This document shows positions 30,956-41,407 of a stretch of 64,000 nt of DNA, one piece after another. This DNA comes from Nitrospirota bacterium. Its GTDB lineage: Bacteria > Nitrospirota > UBA9217. The position numbers and the translations under genes are program-made. Every line of letters begins with the position of its first letter. Positions within the stretch are counted from its first letter, which is position 1. The stretch spans positions 160,001 to 224,000 of the forward strand of contig CAWJQQ010000003.1 in assembly GCA_963845065.1 (NCBI GenBank), written 5' to 3'. The notes beneath the pieces were generated by a model. The model searched no databases. It was not told the DNA's origin and saw only the letters and a program-made list of their open reading frames with translations.

Positions 30956-33427
30956 ATGGAGAATTACACCATGACATTAAAAGACACCGGCGAAAGGTTT
31001 ATGTTAAGCAACGAATCGCCTGAAATCAATTATGAGCATTGGCATAGATATCTCTACGCAACTGAGTTTGTTAAAGACAAGGTTGTTTTAGATATCGCAT
31101 GCGGAATGGGGTATGGAAGTTATTTGCTCTCTGGGTATGCCAGCAGTGTAGTTGGAATTGATATTAATCCTGACGCAGTATTAAGCGCTTCTAATACTTA
31201 CGTCAAGCAGAATCTGCAATACCTTGTGGGTACTGTCGGGAATATTCCGCTTGATCGAAATCATTTTATTGATGTTATCACATCTTTTGAAACAATTGAA
31301 CATATCACTGAAGAAGACCAAACAAAATTTTTGCAAGAGGTAAAAAGACTTCTCAAGCCTGATGGGCTGCTCATTATATCAACGCCGAATAAGCTTTATT
31401 ATAGCGATTTAGCGAATTATAAAAATGAATTTCATGTTCGAGAATTTTATTTGAGCGAGTTTAAAAATTTTCTTTCCGATCGCTTCATGCATGTGCACAT
31501 CCTGGGCCAAAGGGTCAACACTGGTTCCTATATATGGGTCGAACACAGTCGTTCGGTGCGGGTGACTGAATACCGACTTGAACACGATAGAAATGGCTTC
31601 AAACCTACAAACGCTCCTAATCCTATGGTATATGCCATAGCCCTTTGTTCAGACCAGGATATTGAAAAAATCAACAATTCCGTCCTTATCGACCTCTCTG
31701 ACAGCATCGTAAAGAACAGAGATAAACGCATAGCCTTCCTTGATACCTTGATAGCTGATAAGGAAGTTCATATTGGCAACCTTGATACCCTGGTAAAGTC
31801 AAAAGACGAACAATTGCTGCAGCTAAAATCCACCTTACTGGACAGGGATGTTCAAGCGTCACAATTGGTGGCGCATGCGACAAATCTTGGATTAAATTTG
31901 AATGCCATTTATAGCTCTCGTGGATGGCGATTGCTATTGCAGTACTATAAGGTAAGAAACTGGCTTTTCCCTGAGAATAGCAAACGACGTTTTGTTGTTC
32001 AAACAATATGGAAAGTGAAAAACACGCTGTCAAAAACAATGCGTTATTACAGCAATTATGGTTCCAAGCGTCTTTTTAAAAAGATCGTTAGTAAGATGGG
32101 ATTCAAGATGTCTTTCCATATTGATGGGCTCAAGAACCCTAAAATGTCATTGTCGGTTCCTGTCCAAAATTATGATTCAACATACATAGTACCCTCAGTC
32201 GGCTCTTCTGTTTCCATCATTATACCGACATTCAATGCGGGACCTTCTTTCCCATTCTTGCTTACTATGTTGAAACAACAAATTGGGTTGACAGATATTG
32301 AGATAATCCTTGTAGATTCTGGCAGCAGTGACGGCACAATCGCTTATGCGCAAAAACAGAATATAAATATTGTTCAGATCCCTTTGGAGAAATTTACGCA
32401 TTCATATGCCAGAAATCTAGGTGCTGAACATGCAACGGGGAGTTTCCTGCTCTTTACTGTACAAGATGCACTTCCTCCTTCAAAGTCATGGCTCTATAAT
32501 GTACTTCAAGCGTTACAGAATAATAATGTTTCGGCTGTTTCCTGTTCGGAAGCCATGCGAGAAGATTGCGATTTGTTCTACAGGGCGATGTATTGGAACC
32601 ATTTCAAATTTCTTGAGTTGGACAAAGGTGACAGGATTCTTACTAAGCCCGCCCAAGACGATTTTCTTTCATTGAGGAAGAACGCCCAGTTATCTGATGT
32701 GGCATGTTTGATCCCGCGAAAACTTTTTTTGAAGTACAGGTACAGATATGATTATGCTGAGGACCTGGATCTTGGTATCCGGCTCATTAAGGATGGACAC
32801 CGGCTGGCTCTCTTGAGTTCCTTATCGATTATCCATTCGCACAATAGACCAGCTTCGTATTATCTCAAACGCTGGTACGTAGAAACGCTTACGCTGCCTT
32901 CTATTCTTCCAGACATGCCTAATCCTTCCGTTTCATGGCCATTTGTTGTTGGCGATATAAGGAAAGCTTATACCCTCACACGTATCATGGTGCACGACGT
33001 TCTTTCTCAACAGGATCTTCCTCGCGATAGCGCTTTACTAATACCGTTTTTATTAAATGCAATGAGCAGTATATGCATAGATATTCAGAATGCTAAGGTG
33101 ATTAATGTCGAGGATGACCCTTATCTTGATGACGTGTTCAAAGTTATGCTGAAGACAAGTCTTACTCATGATGCTGGTAATGCGAGCGGTCCACCTTGTG
33201 AACTGCTCGTTACGTCTGTGATCAAGTCCTGGCAGCTGGTTCTAGAATATCTGAATATCACTTATGAAGCCATTGATGAAACTGTTCTCAGAGATCTTCG
33301 GGATTGCTTTTACAAGTCGTTAGCAGTTAACTGTGGTCATATATTAGCCTGTTGCTACCTGAACAATGCCAAAATCAGTGATCCTGCCTATCAAGAATTG
33401 CATGATTTGCTGACTACAGGTATATAA
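30956..33427 (+). CDS. Multidomain SAM methyltransferase - coiled coil - GT2 glycosyltransferase
   Basis: TGER..EHWHRY, VLDIACGMGYG, SFETIEH, STPN; 14-aa heptad repeats then SSRGWR; SIIIPTFNAG, VDSGSSDGT, YAEDLD. Confidence 0.85.
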   Translation: MENYTMTLKDTGERFMLSNESPEINYEHWHRYLYATEFVKDKVVLDIACGMGYGSYLLSGYASSVVGIDINPDAVLSASNTYVKQNLQYLVGTVGNIPLDRNHFIDVITSFETIEHITEEDQTKFLQEVKRLLKPDGLLIISTPNKLYYSDLANYKNEFHVREFYLSEFKNFLSDRFMHVHILGQRVNTGSYIWVEHSRSVRVTEYRLEHDRNGFKPTNAPNPMVYAIALCSDQDIEKINNSVLIDLSDSIVKNRDKRIAFLDTLIADKEVHIGNLDTLVKSKDEQLLQLKSTLLDRDVQASQLVAHATNLGLNLNAIYSSRGWRLLLQYYKVRNWLFPENSKRRFVVQTIWKVKNTLSKTMRYYSNYGSKRLFKKIVSKMGFKMSFHIDGLKNPKMSLSVPVQNYDSTYIVPSVGSSVSIIIPTFNAGPSFPFLLTMLKQQIGLTDIEIILVDSGSSDGTIAYAQKQNINIVQIPLEKFTHSYARNLGAEHATGSFLLFTVQDALPPSKSWLYNVLQALQNNNVSAVSCSEAMREDCDLFYRAMYWNHFKFLELDKGDRILTKPAQDDFLSLRKNAQLSDVACLIPRKLFLKYRYRYDYAEDLDLGIRLIKDGHRLALLSSLSIIHSHNRPASYYLKRWYVETLTLPSILPDMPNPSVSWPFVVGDIRKAYTLTRIMVHDVLSQQDLPRDSALLIPFLLNAMSSICIDIQNAKVINVEDDPYLDDVFKVMLKTSLTHDAGNASGPPCELLVTSVIKSWQLVLEYLNITYEAIDETVLRDLRDCFYKSLAVNCGHILACCYLNNAKISDPAYQELHDLLTTGI

Positions 33428-33428
33428 A

Positions 33429-36074
33429 GTGAAAATACTCTATTTTATCCATCAATTTTTCCCCATGCACTATACGGGGACCGAAAAAGTACTTTACAAT
33501 TTAGCATCAATGATGCAGCGATTTGGCCATAAAGTGAAAGTTCTAACCTATAGCTTTTACGATGATGCGTATTATGATCATCGAATTGGCGATTTTCTTG
33601 CAAAAGAATTTACCTACCAGGGGATACTAGTATTGGCACTTAAACACCGAATCCCATCTAGTAATCTGGATTTTCGGTTTCAAGACAGCACATTGGTGGA
33701 GATAGCTCGTGAACTGATTGAGATAGAACATCCAGACATCATTCATGTAATGCATCCCATGCGTGTTGGTGAATTTCTATCTGCGGCACTTTCGCTGAAT
33801 ATACCTTATGTTGTGACAGTTACAGATTTTTGGCTGCTTTGCCCTAAAATAATACTTGTGAACTCAAACGGTGTTTTGTGTACCGGGCCCCGACAAGGCC
33901 GCGAATGTAGTTTTGCGTGTCCGGAGTTAAAGTCAGGACTCGTCGTAAAGCGGTTAAATATAGTTTACAATGTGTTGTACAGCGCCAAACAAATCATAGC
34001 GCCGTCCCTGTTCGTTGCAAATATTTTCAAAAGTGAAATGCCGGACCTCGATATAAGTGTTATCAATCATGGCTTAAGATATAACAAATTAACAGTCAAC
34101 GAAAAAAAATATAAGAAAGGTGATCTTATAACCTTTTGTGTCGCAGGTTCTTTGAATCATCATAAAGGGGTACATATAGCCGTTGAAGCATTCAAAAAAG
34201 TTCGCTCGAACAATGTGGCCTTACATATTTACGGTTCAGGATATCCACAATATACAAAGTCGCTTCAAGACTTGGTTCAAAATGATAGACGGATTCATTT
34301 CCGCGGTGTCTATTCTGAAAATCAAATGTCCGCTGTTTTTAACGAAGTAGATGTTATAATCATTCCATCCTTGTGGTATGAAACATATTCCCTTATTTTG
34401 CATGAAGCACTTTCTTCAAAAATACCTGTTATTGCAACCGATACTGGCGTAATGGCTGAAGCTATAATGGATGGCGTGAACGGGTTTACGTTCAAACTTG
34501 GAGATACAGAACAACTAAAATCCATTCTGGAATCATTAGCATCCGATCCTGAACGTCTAAATGACATGAAAAATAACATGAAGACTATTACTCCGTCTAT
34601 TGAACAGGAAGCGTATGCTTATCATCAAATGTATCGAGATGTGCTCATGAACAGCCGCCCTGCTTCAATAAGGCGCGACAATCACGCTCCTTTTCGTAAA
34701 ACAAAGGTTTTGCTGATAACCCATGAGTTTTTCCCTGAGTCGACTGGGGGAGTGGAAGTATTAACGCTAAATACCGCCAAAACATTACGGAGAAGAGGAT
34801 ATGACGTCAGCATTTTTACGGGTTATGCTTCTGGAAGCGACATTGACGATAAGGATAGGTTTGACCGTTACATATATGAAGGACTGCCAGTAGAACGTTA
34901 CAAACATTCACCGGAACGCGCCGGCTCGCAGACGAACCCCTTTGAACTTGAATACAACAATCTTTTTTTTGCATCCTATTTTAAGGCTTATTTGAAGAAG
35001 ACCCAACCGGACATCGTTCACTTTTTTCATTTGCACAGAATTACCGCATCTGCAATAGATGTTTGTGTAGAATTGGGTATTCCAACGGTGTATACAGCCA
35101 CAGATTTTTGGCCGATCTGTCCATTAAGCCAACTACGACAGGTCGACAATTCTCCTTGTGGTGGTCCAGAGTATAACGCTGTGAACTGCATTCAACACAT
35201 TGTTCGTGCGTATCAGCCGCCACAAATCAGAGAAAAAATGGAGAAGTTTCCACGATGGTTATTTTTACTCGGTGTTTTTGTACTGAAATGGAAAGTGTTT
35301 CGCCACGTCAAATTTACGCCCAACATTCTAGCGTTAGTACGTCGCCCGGAGTTCATGATGAAACGCTTAAACCAGGTCAATTTTGTGCTGGTACCCACTC
35401 ATCTCATGGGGAAGTTGCTTGTTAATCACGGACTGAACAAGGCACAAGTTCATTTGCAGCATTTCGGAATAGATATTCAATTAGATAACAGTACGGAGAA
35501 ACGGGTTAAAGGGTCGAATAGGAAACTTGTATTGGGTTTCATTGGAGCATTATTTGAGCATAAAGGAGCGCATCTGTTAATTCAGGCGATATCTTCCCTG
35601 CCGAGAGATGTTGCTGTTGATCTTAATATTTATGGTAATTTGAAACAATGCCCTGAGTATGGTGAATTGCTCAAAAAACTTTCAGCAGACGACGATCGGA
35701 TTAAGTTTTGCGATACGTTCCCTAATAACATTATTGGGGCTATCTTTTCAGAACTCGATGTTTTGGTAGTGCCATCAATATGGTATGAGAATACGCCATT
35801 GGTCATCTACTCGGCACAGGCGTTCGGCTGTCCTGTCATTGCAACAAATCTCGGGGGGATGTCAGAGGTCATTCACGATGGTGTTAACGGCCTTCTCTTT
35901 GAACAAGGCAATGTGAAGTCATTGTCCGAAGTTATTCTTCGGCTGTATAAAAATAGAAGTCTTATCGCTGATCTTGCCAACAATGCGATTAAACCAAAAA
36001 ACATGGATGGATATGTTGACGAATTAACGGGGTATTATAGTTCATTTCTCCATCCAGAGGATATCCGAAAATGA
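33429..36074 (+). CDS. Tandem double GT4 glycosyltransferase
   Basis: Two homologous halves (H(Q/E)FFP..TG.E; TDFW..CP; HKG.H; PS.WYE..L.....A). Confidence 0.88.
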   Translation: MKILYFIHQFFPMHYTGTEKVLYNLASMMQRFGHKVKVLTYSFYDDAYYDHRIGDFLAKEFTYQGILVLALKHRIPSSNLDFRFQDSTLVEIARELIEIEHPDIIHVMHPMRVGEFLSAALSLNIPYVVTVTDFWLLCPKIILVNSNGVLCTGPRQGRECSFACPELKSGLVVKRLNIVYNVLYSAKQIIAPSLFVANIFKSEMPDLDISVINHGLRYNKLTVNEKKYKKGDLITFCVAGSLNHHKGVHIAVEAFKKVRSNNVALHIYGSGYPQYTKSLQDLVQNDRRIHFRGVYSENQMSAVFNEVDVIIIPSLWYETYSLILHEALSSKIPVIATDTGVMAEAIMDGVNGFTFKLGDTEQLKSILESLASDPERLNDMKNNMKTITPSIEQEAYAYHQMYRDVLMNSRPASIRRDNHAPFRKTKVLLITHEFFPESTGGVEVLTLNTAKTLRRRGYDVSIFTGYASGSDIDDKDRFDRYIYEGLPVERYKHSPERAGSQTNPFELEYNNLFFASYFKAYLKKTQPDIVHFFHLHRITASAIDVCVELGIPTVYTATDFWPICPLSQLRQVDNSPCGGPEYNAVNCIQHIVRAYQPPQIREKMEKFPRWLFLLGVFVLKWKVFRHVKFTPNILALVRRPEFMMKRLNQVNFVLVPTHLMGKLLVNHGLNKAQVHLQHFGIDIQLDNSTEKRVKGSNRKLVLGFIGALFEHKGAHLLIQAISSLPRDVAVDLNIYGNLKQCPEYGELLKKLSADDDRIKFCDTFPNNIIGAIFSELDVLVVPSIWYENTPLVIYSAQAFGCPVIATNLGGMSEVIHDGVNGLLFEQGNVKSLSEVILRLYKNRSLIADLANNAIKPKNMDGYVDELTGYYSSFLHPEDIRK

Positions 36075-37030
36075 ACTGTCTTGTGCTTGGTGGCGGTGGT
36101 TTCCTGGGCTCACATGTGTGTGAGGCGCTTTTAGCACACGGGCACAATGTCCGAGTATTAGAACGTCCCCGTCTTAAACTCGATATGAACACGCCAGGGG
36201 AGTCAAAATATTGTTCCAAAATCGAGTGGATTGAAGGTGATTTTACGAATCAAACGGATGTGCAAGCAGCGGTTGAAAACATGGAACTCGTTTTTCATTT
36301 GATTTGTACAACGTTGCCTAAAACATCGAATGATAACCCCTGCTTTGATGTAGAAAGTAATGTCATGTCTACGCTCAGACTCTTAAATGCTGCAAAAAAT
36401 AGCGGCGTTCGAAAGGTTATATTTGTTTCTTCAGGTGGTACGGTCTATGGCGTTCCGCAACAGGTGCCGATTGCCGAAACACACCCGACCAATCCCCTCT
36501 GTTCATATGGAATTACTAAGCTTATGGTAGAAAAATACCTACATATGTTCCATAATCTACATGGCCTCGATTACTGTATCCTACGGCTTTCGAACCCTTA
36601 TGGAGAAAGGCAACGTCCTCATTCCCTTCAAGGTGTTATCGCAGTTTTTTTGTATAAGGCGCTAATGAACGAAGAAATTGAAATCTGGGGCGACGGAAGT
36701 GTCCGTCGTGATTTTATTTATATTAAGGATGCCATTGACGCCTTTATTAAGTCAATGGACTACAAGGGGGAACATCACATCTTTAATATCGGTAGTGGAT
36801 ATTCCCACAGTCTGAATGATTTGTTAGAGCTTATCGAAAAGGAGCTTGGTCGGAGCGTTGCTCGCATCTATAAAATGAGCCGACCAGTCGATGTCCCCAT
36901 TAATGTGCTTGATATTTCCAAAGCGCGTCAGATCCTTAATTGGAGTCCCACGACATCGTTGCAAACGGGCTTGAGTAAAACACTGTCTTGGATGAGAAGT
37001 TATTATCTGGACGAATTGGACAAGAGATGA
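36071..37030 (+). CDS. NAD-dependent epimerase/dehydratase (extended SDR)
   Basis: GGGGFLG, SSGGTVYG, YGITK, RLSNPYG, RDFIYI. Confidence 0.9.
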   Translation: MNCLVLGGGGFLGSHVCEALLAHGHNVRVLERPRLKLDMNTPGESKYCSKIEWIEGDFTNQTDVQAAVENMELVFHLICTTLPKTSNDNPCFDVESNVMSTLRLLNAAKNSGVRKVIFVSSGGTVYGVPQQVPIAETHPTNPLCSYGITKLMVEKYLHMFHNLHGLDYCILRLSNPYGERQRPHSLQGVIAVFLYKALMNEEIEIWGDGSVRRDFIYIKDAIDAFIKSMDYKGEHHIFNIGSGYSHSLNDLLELIEKELGRSVARIYKMSRPVDVPINVLDISKARQILNWSPTTSLQTGLSKTLSWMRSYYLDELDKR

Positions 37031-37644
37031 TCTAAACTCGTGCAGCAGGATGTTATGGCAACTACAACTTTGCAAATGATAGAAGTTCCAAAGAAAATCA
37101 AATGAGGCAGATTATTTAAGAAAGGGCGCGTAGTGAAGCATCTCGAATAACACTTCACTTGAAAGAACCAATTCAATGTCAGTTTTTGTACAATGTCTCT
37201 GAATTACATTAACAAATAAAAATTATTATTATAAAATAAAAAAACCTAAAAAATAATGTCTACTAATTATAAATGAATATATTTAACCTTATTGCTTTCA
37301 ATGGATGGATCTTACAATGGAAATCAGCGACGTTTTGCTAAAGCTCTTGCCCGAAAAGGATAGATTTGTTTCTGCAGTTAATAGTAAGTAATAAAATAAT
37401 GAGAGCGTCGGTATAATATATGAACGAAAACTATTCATCATATGCGGTCGATCTCAATTTATTTACAAAGCTTGAAATGCTTCCTGGAACACCGTTATGA
37501 ATAAAGGATAATAACATGCGAAAGTAATTCGCTAAATGTTGCTTACTCCATGTGCCTCGAAACAAATAATATTTTTGAGACAAAATGAAGAATACGAAAA
37601 TGTATAGAAAAATCTTGCCTATATTACAAAAAGAGGTGATTTGG

Positions 37645-38709
37645 ATGAATAACAAGTTGGTTAACAAAAGCGCCGATACCATGCCAGTATTTGGAAGAGG
37701 GTTTATTGATTATCTTGAAAATAAAAATGGACATCTAATTATTATTGGTTGGATGTTTCTGCCGGATCAGCCCTTCGATGGTTTTATAGTAAAGATTAAT
37801 AACGTAATATCTGGGAAAACGTTTTTAGTTGAGCGTAACGACGTCCAAAGTGCTTTCCCTTCTATAAAGTCTGCCTTGATGTCTGGATTTGATGCCAGCA
37901 TTGAGGTACCTGAAACAACATTAAGGAACTGGGTTGATATCGATGTCATAGGGACCCTTAACGGAAGAGAAGATTCTAGAATAAGCACCACGTACAAACT
38001 CGACTTTCACTCATTCCTGAAAGATCCACCGGCGGTCCTTATGAATCGCATTGCAAACACTGATAAGCCGTATACATACTGGTGCCGAGCCCTGAATAAT
38101 TACAGCGAATTCAATAAGGCAATCAATAGACATATTAGCCCGGTATCGATTAAAAAACTTCTAGACTGGGGATGCGGATGTGGCCGTGTTACAAGTTTGT
38201 TCCTCCAACACTCTGGCATCCCCGAAATCTATGGCTGTGATATCGATAGAGAGGCTGTTGAGTGGTGTAGTGATAATTTAAAAAAAGGTTATTTCTCAGT
38301 GATTGATCCCTACCCTCCGACAAAGTTTAGCGATAATATGTTTGATGTAATTATCGGTTATTCTGTGTTCACGCATCTTGACAGAAATATGCAGGAAAAC
38401 TGGTTACGGGAAATGAAGCGTATCATGGTGCCAGGAGGCTTATTTTTAGCATCTTGTCATGGTGATTTTGCCACATCCTTTGCACCTAAGCATGTTCAAA
38501 AAGAAGTATCGAGCAAAGGGATCTCGGATGGCACCCTGGATAATAAACTTGACGGTATAGCTCCATCTAAATACTATCGCTGCGTTTATCAGTCACGTGC
38601 ATACAATGAAAAGGAGTGGGGAAAACAATTCAAAATCATAGACTACGTAGAGAGGGGCATGGCTAATCTACAGGACCTTGTCGTCATGCAGAAAATAAAA
38701 TTGGTCTAG
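37645..38709 (+). CDS. Class I SAM-dependent methyltransferase with extra N-terminal domain
   Basis: LLDWGCGCGR, GCDID, FDVIIGYSVFTHL, QDLVV; ATG 37645 follows GAGGTG (ORF track start 37585). Confidence 0.85.
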   Translation: MNNKLVNKSADTMPVFGRGFIDYLENKNGHLIIIGWMFLPDQPFDGFIVKINNVISGKTFLVERNDVQSAFPSIKSALMSGFDASIEVPETTLRNWVDIDVIGTLNGREDSRISTTYKLDFHSFLKDPPAVLMNRIANTDKPYTYWCRALNNYSEFNKAINRHISPVSIKKLLDWGCGCGRVTSLFLQHSGIPEIYGCDIDREAVEWCSDNLKKGYFSVIDPYPPTKFSDNMFDVIIGYSVFTHLDRNMQENWLREMKRIMVPGGLFLASCHGDFATSFAPKHVQKEVSSKGISDGTLDNKLDGIAPSKYYRCVYQSRAYNEKEWGKQFKIIDYVERGMANLQDLVVMQKIKLV

Positions 38710-38739
38710 AATAATAATCGATTAATAATTGCAGCGCTA

Positions 38740-39770
38740 AACCACCGGCTTTGCCGGTGTGAATAGAAAAGGCTTTGCCGCAGTATTTGCAAAAAAAAAG
38801 ATCCCCTTCTAACAATGGTCACCGTTTCGGTGGTCAATCGTAAGAAAGGAGCAAACAGTGGAGGATAGCTTATTACATACAGTATGGGAATATAAATATC
38901 ATGTTGTATGGGTTCCATAGATTCGGCAGAAGGTGATCTACGGACAGCTACGACGAGAGGTGGTCACAATAGTCCAGAAGTTGTGTGAGTACAAGGGCGT
39001 GAAGATTTTGGAAGGGCAGACATGTATCGATCATTCCACCTGTGCATCTCGGTCCCGCCGAAATACGCGCTATCAACGATGGTGGGGTATTTGAAGGGGA
39101 AGAGCGCAATAGTGGTATTTGAGAAATATAGTAAAGTGAGCGGAACTGCAAGGGGCACAGTTTTTGGGCACGCTGGTACTACGTCAGTACAGTCGGCTTG
39201 GATGAGGCACGGGTATGAAAATATATCCAAGCTCAGGAAATCAACGAGTCGGTTGAGGGCAAGTACGATAAGGATTTGAGTAACCCCTTTTAGGGGTTAG
39301 GGGTGCCCGTAGAAGCGCATTAGATAGCACAATCTAAATAAAGAGATTGATCACTGGAACATATGTTGGCGACGATCGGAACGGGGACGATTCTGACGAT
39401 GTTGTCCCCGATAAATAGCACATCTGGATAACGAGGATCGTACTATGATATCACGATCTCTATTTGCCTAAAATCCAGGGGTTTAGAAAAGCTGGAGCCA
39501 GATCGACGCCTTCTTCGATAGAACCTCCAAGCATGAGGTTAAGAAGAAATATATCATAATTCAGGAATCAAAGAACAGAATCTCGTTTATGAGGGAGAAT
39601 TAGAGGCAAAAAAGATCGTTACCAACACCGGGACATCACAGTCAGAAGTGGTCTCAAATCACCGTCGCCTGCATTATAGTACGAAAAAAGAAGTTTCCCC
39701 CTTAAGGTGGCAAGTAACAATGCCCCTATATGGAGCTATTCAAGCCACCGGCTACGCCGGTGCGTCATGG
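38740..39770 (+). mobile_element. Degenerate IS200/IS605-family element (tnpA only)
   Basis: Matching subterminal hairpins CACCGGC-ttt-GCCGGTG (38743-38759) and CACCGGC-tac-GCCGGTG (39746-39762) flank a tnpA pseudogene; exact ends uncertain. Confidence 0.85.
38858..39293 (+). pseudogene. tnpA: IS200-family HUH transposase pseudogene
   Basis: Reconstructed: SLLHTVWEYKYHVVWVP*..., DH/(frameshift)HLCISVPPKY..VGYLKGKSA, FWARWYYVSTVG, *KYIQAQ; internal stops and frameshifts. Confidence 0.9.
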
Positions 39771-40181
39771 CTCAGCTTATTCGTTGATTAAGGGTGGGGA
39801 AAAATGAAATTCCGTGCTTAATCAGCAGATTTTCACATTGCATTTTACAAAACTAAAAGGTTGTGTTAATCATCGCGTCCAAGTACCAAAAACTATTTCG
39901 CCATTAATATACGAAAGAATAGCGACACTGTAACTATGCAAAAGCTTGGGAGTTTTAAGCTGATGTTAATTGCTTAGACACTTTTCCATTCGAGCTCAAA
40001 GCATTGATCAACGCATTTGTATCATATTTTCTGTGATTCATGATAAGGGAGCATAATCTCTAGAAAGTGCATGATATTGCATGGATTTATCATCGCTTAT
40101 TTAATAGGATCTAGATTTTAGAAGCTTAAAAATGAATATAATCTAATAAGAAAAATGCTGATAATAAAGAGAGGGATGCAT

Positions 40182-40907
40182 ATGAAAATACATGAGTTAA
40201 TGAATACAATCCAAAAAGGGATTTCCCCGAACGATGAAATGTTTGCTGGTAATGAATCGCACTATTTTAGTGTGGGATTATCTGCGTTGGAATGTATAGA
40301 AGTAGCGCTGCTCTCTGCCAAGAGGAATCAAGAAGATATTAAGATGATTCTTGATATGCCCTGTGGCTACGGTAGAGTGCTGCGAGCGCTTAAGGCCGCA
40401 TTCCCTGGCGCGAAAATAGTTGCTTGTGACCTTAATCGTAATGGAGTAGATTACTGTACTAAAAATTTTGGCGCTAAGGCACTCTATTCATTTAAAAACC
40501 CAAGTATGTTGCCAAAAGAGAAATATGATCTAATTTGGTGTGGCTCCTTGCTGACCCATCTGGATTTCCCAAGGTGGGATGATTTTATTTCATTTTTCCA
40601 AACTTCTCTCAATTCAGGTGGGATCTTAGTATTCACCGCTCATGGCCGATTTGTTGAGGAAAATATTAGAAGTGGTAATAATACCTATGGTTTGGAACAA
40701 GCCGTCTTAAAAAATCTCCTTGATGCCTATACACACGTTGGTTACAGCTATGTTAATTATCCGCATGCTGATGATTATGGAATATCTATGAGCACAGCAT
40801 CGCATATTATTTCACAGGTTGAAAAATATTCTGATTTGCGTCTGTTGCACTACAAAGAGCAGGGATGGGATAATCATCAAGACGTTATTGCGTGTAGTAA
40901 ACGATAA
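40182..40907 (+). CDS. Class I SAM-dependent methyltransferase
   Basis: ILDMPCGYGRV, ACDL, YDLIWCGSLLTHL, HQDVI. Confidence 0.85.
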   Translation: MKIHELMNTIQKGISPNDEMFAGNESHYFSVGLSALECIEVALLSAKRNQEDIKMILDMPCGYGRVLRALKAAFPGAKIVACDLNRNGVDYCTKNFGAKALYSFKNPSMLPKEKYDLIWCGSLLTHLDFPRWDDFISFFQTSLNSGGILVFTAHGRFVEENIRSGNNTYGLEQAVLKNLLDAYTHVGYSYVNYPHADDYGISMSTASHIISQVEKYSDLRLLHYKEQGWDNHQDVIACSKR

Positions 40908-41407
40908 TTGATAAGTTTAACATAATAAATATATTAACTAATTATGATAGGTAATCGCGCATCTGTAGTATGATACGATACGGTCCGTTCCGCTGTACGA
41001 ACTGTAATCGAAGATATGCTTCTCTTAACTCTGCAGATGAATTTCTCGAAGAAAATATTCCAGATTGTCCGAGTCTTGATACACAGGGGTGAAAGGCATT
41101 CTTGCTGATATGGTATGAAGGAGGCTGAATGTCATCCTACACGGTTCTGCATAGCATCTAATGCAGGGTTCTTGATAACAAAAAAAAGAAGAATATAATA
41201 TAACAGCTAAAGTATGAAAAGACGCCCTGTCCGAAATCGAAACAGATTGACGCGATATCTAGCGACATCGCAATTTGGAGTATGAATATTAATGCCACTT
41301 TTACTTGGAACGAGCACAGAGAAAACGCGAGCATGCAGATTGTCCATCTGAAGTCGAGTGCTTCTGCTACTAATGAAAACGATGATTTATTGATCCACAT
41401 TTAATAA

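Noticed and set aside
39301..39700. Group II intron or tnpB/iscB gene
   Set aside because: No RT or nuclease ORF and no recognisable domain V; kept only as an unexplained structured segment.
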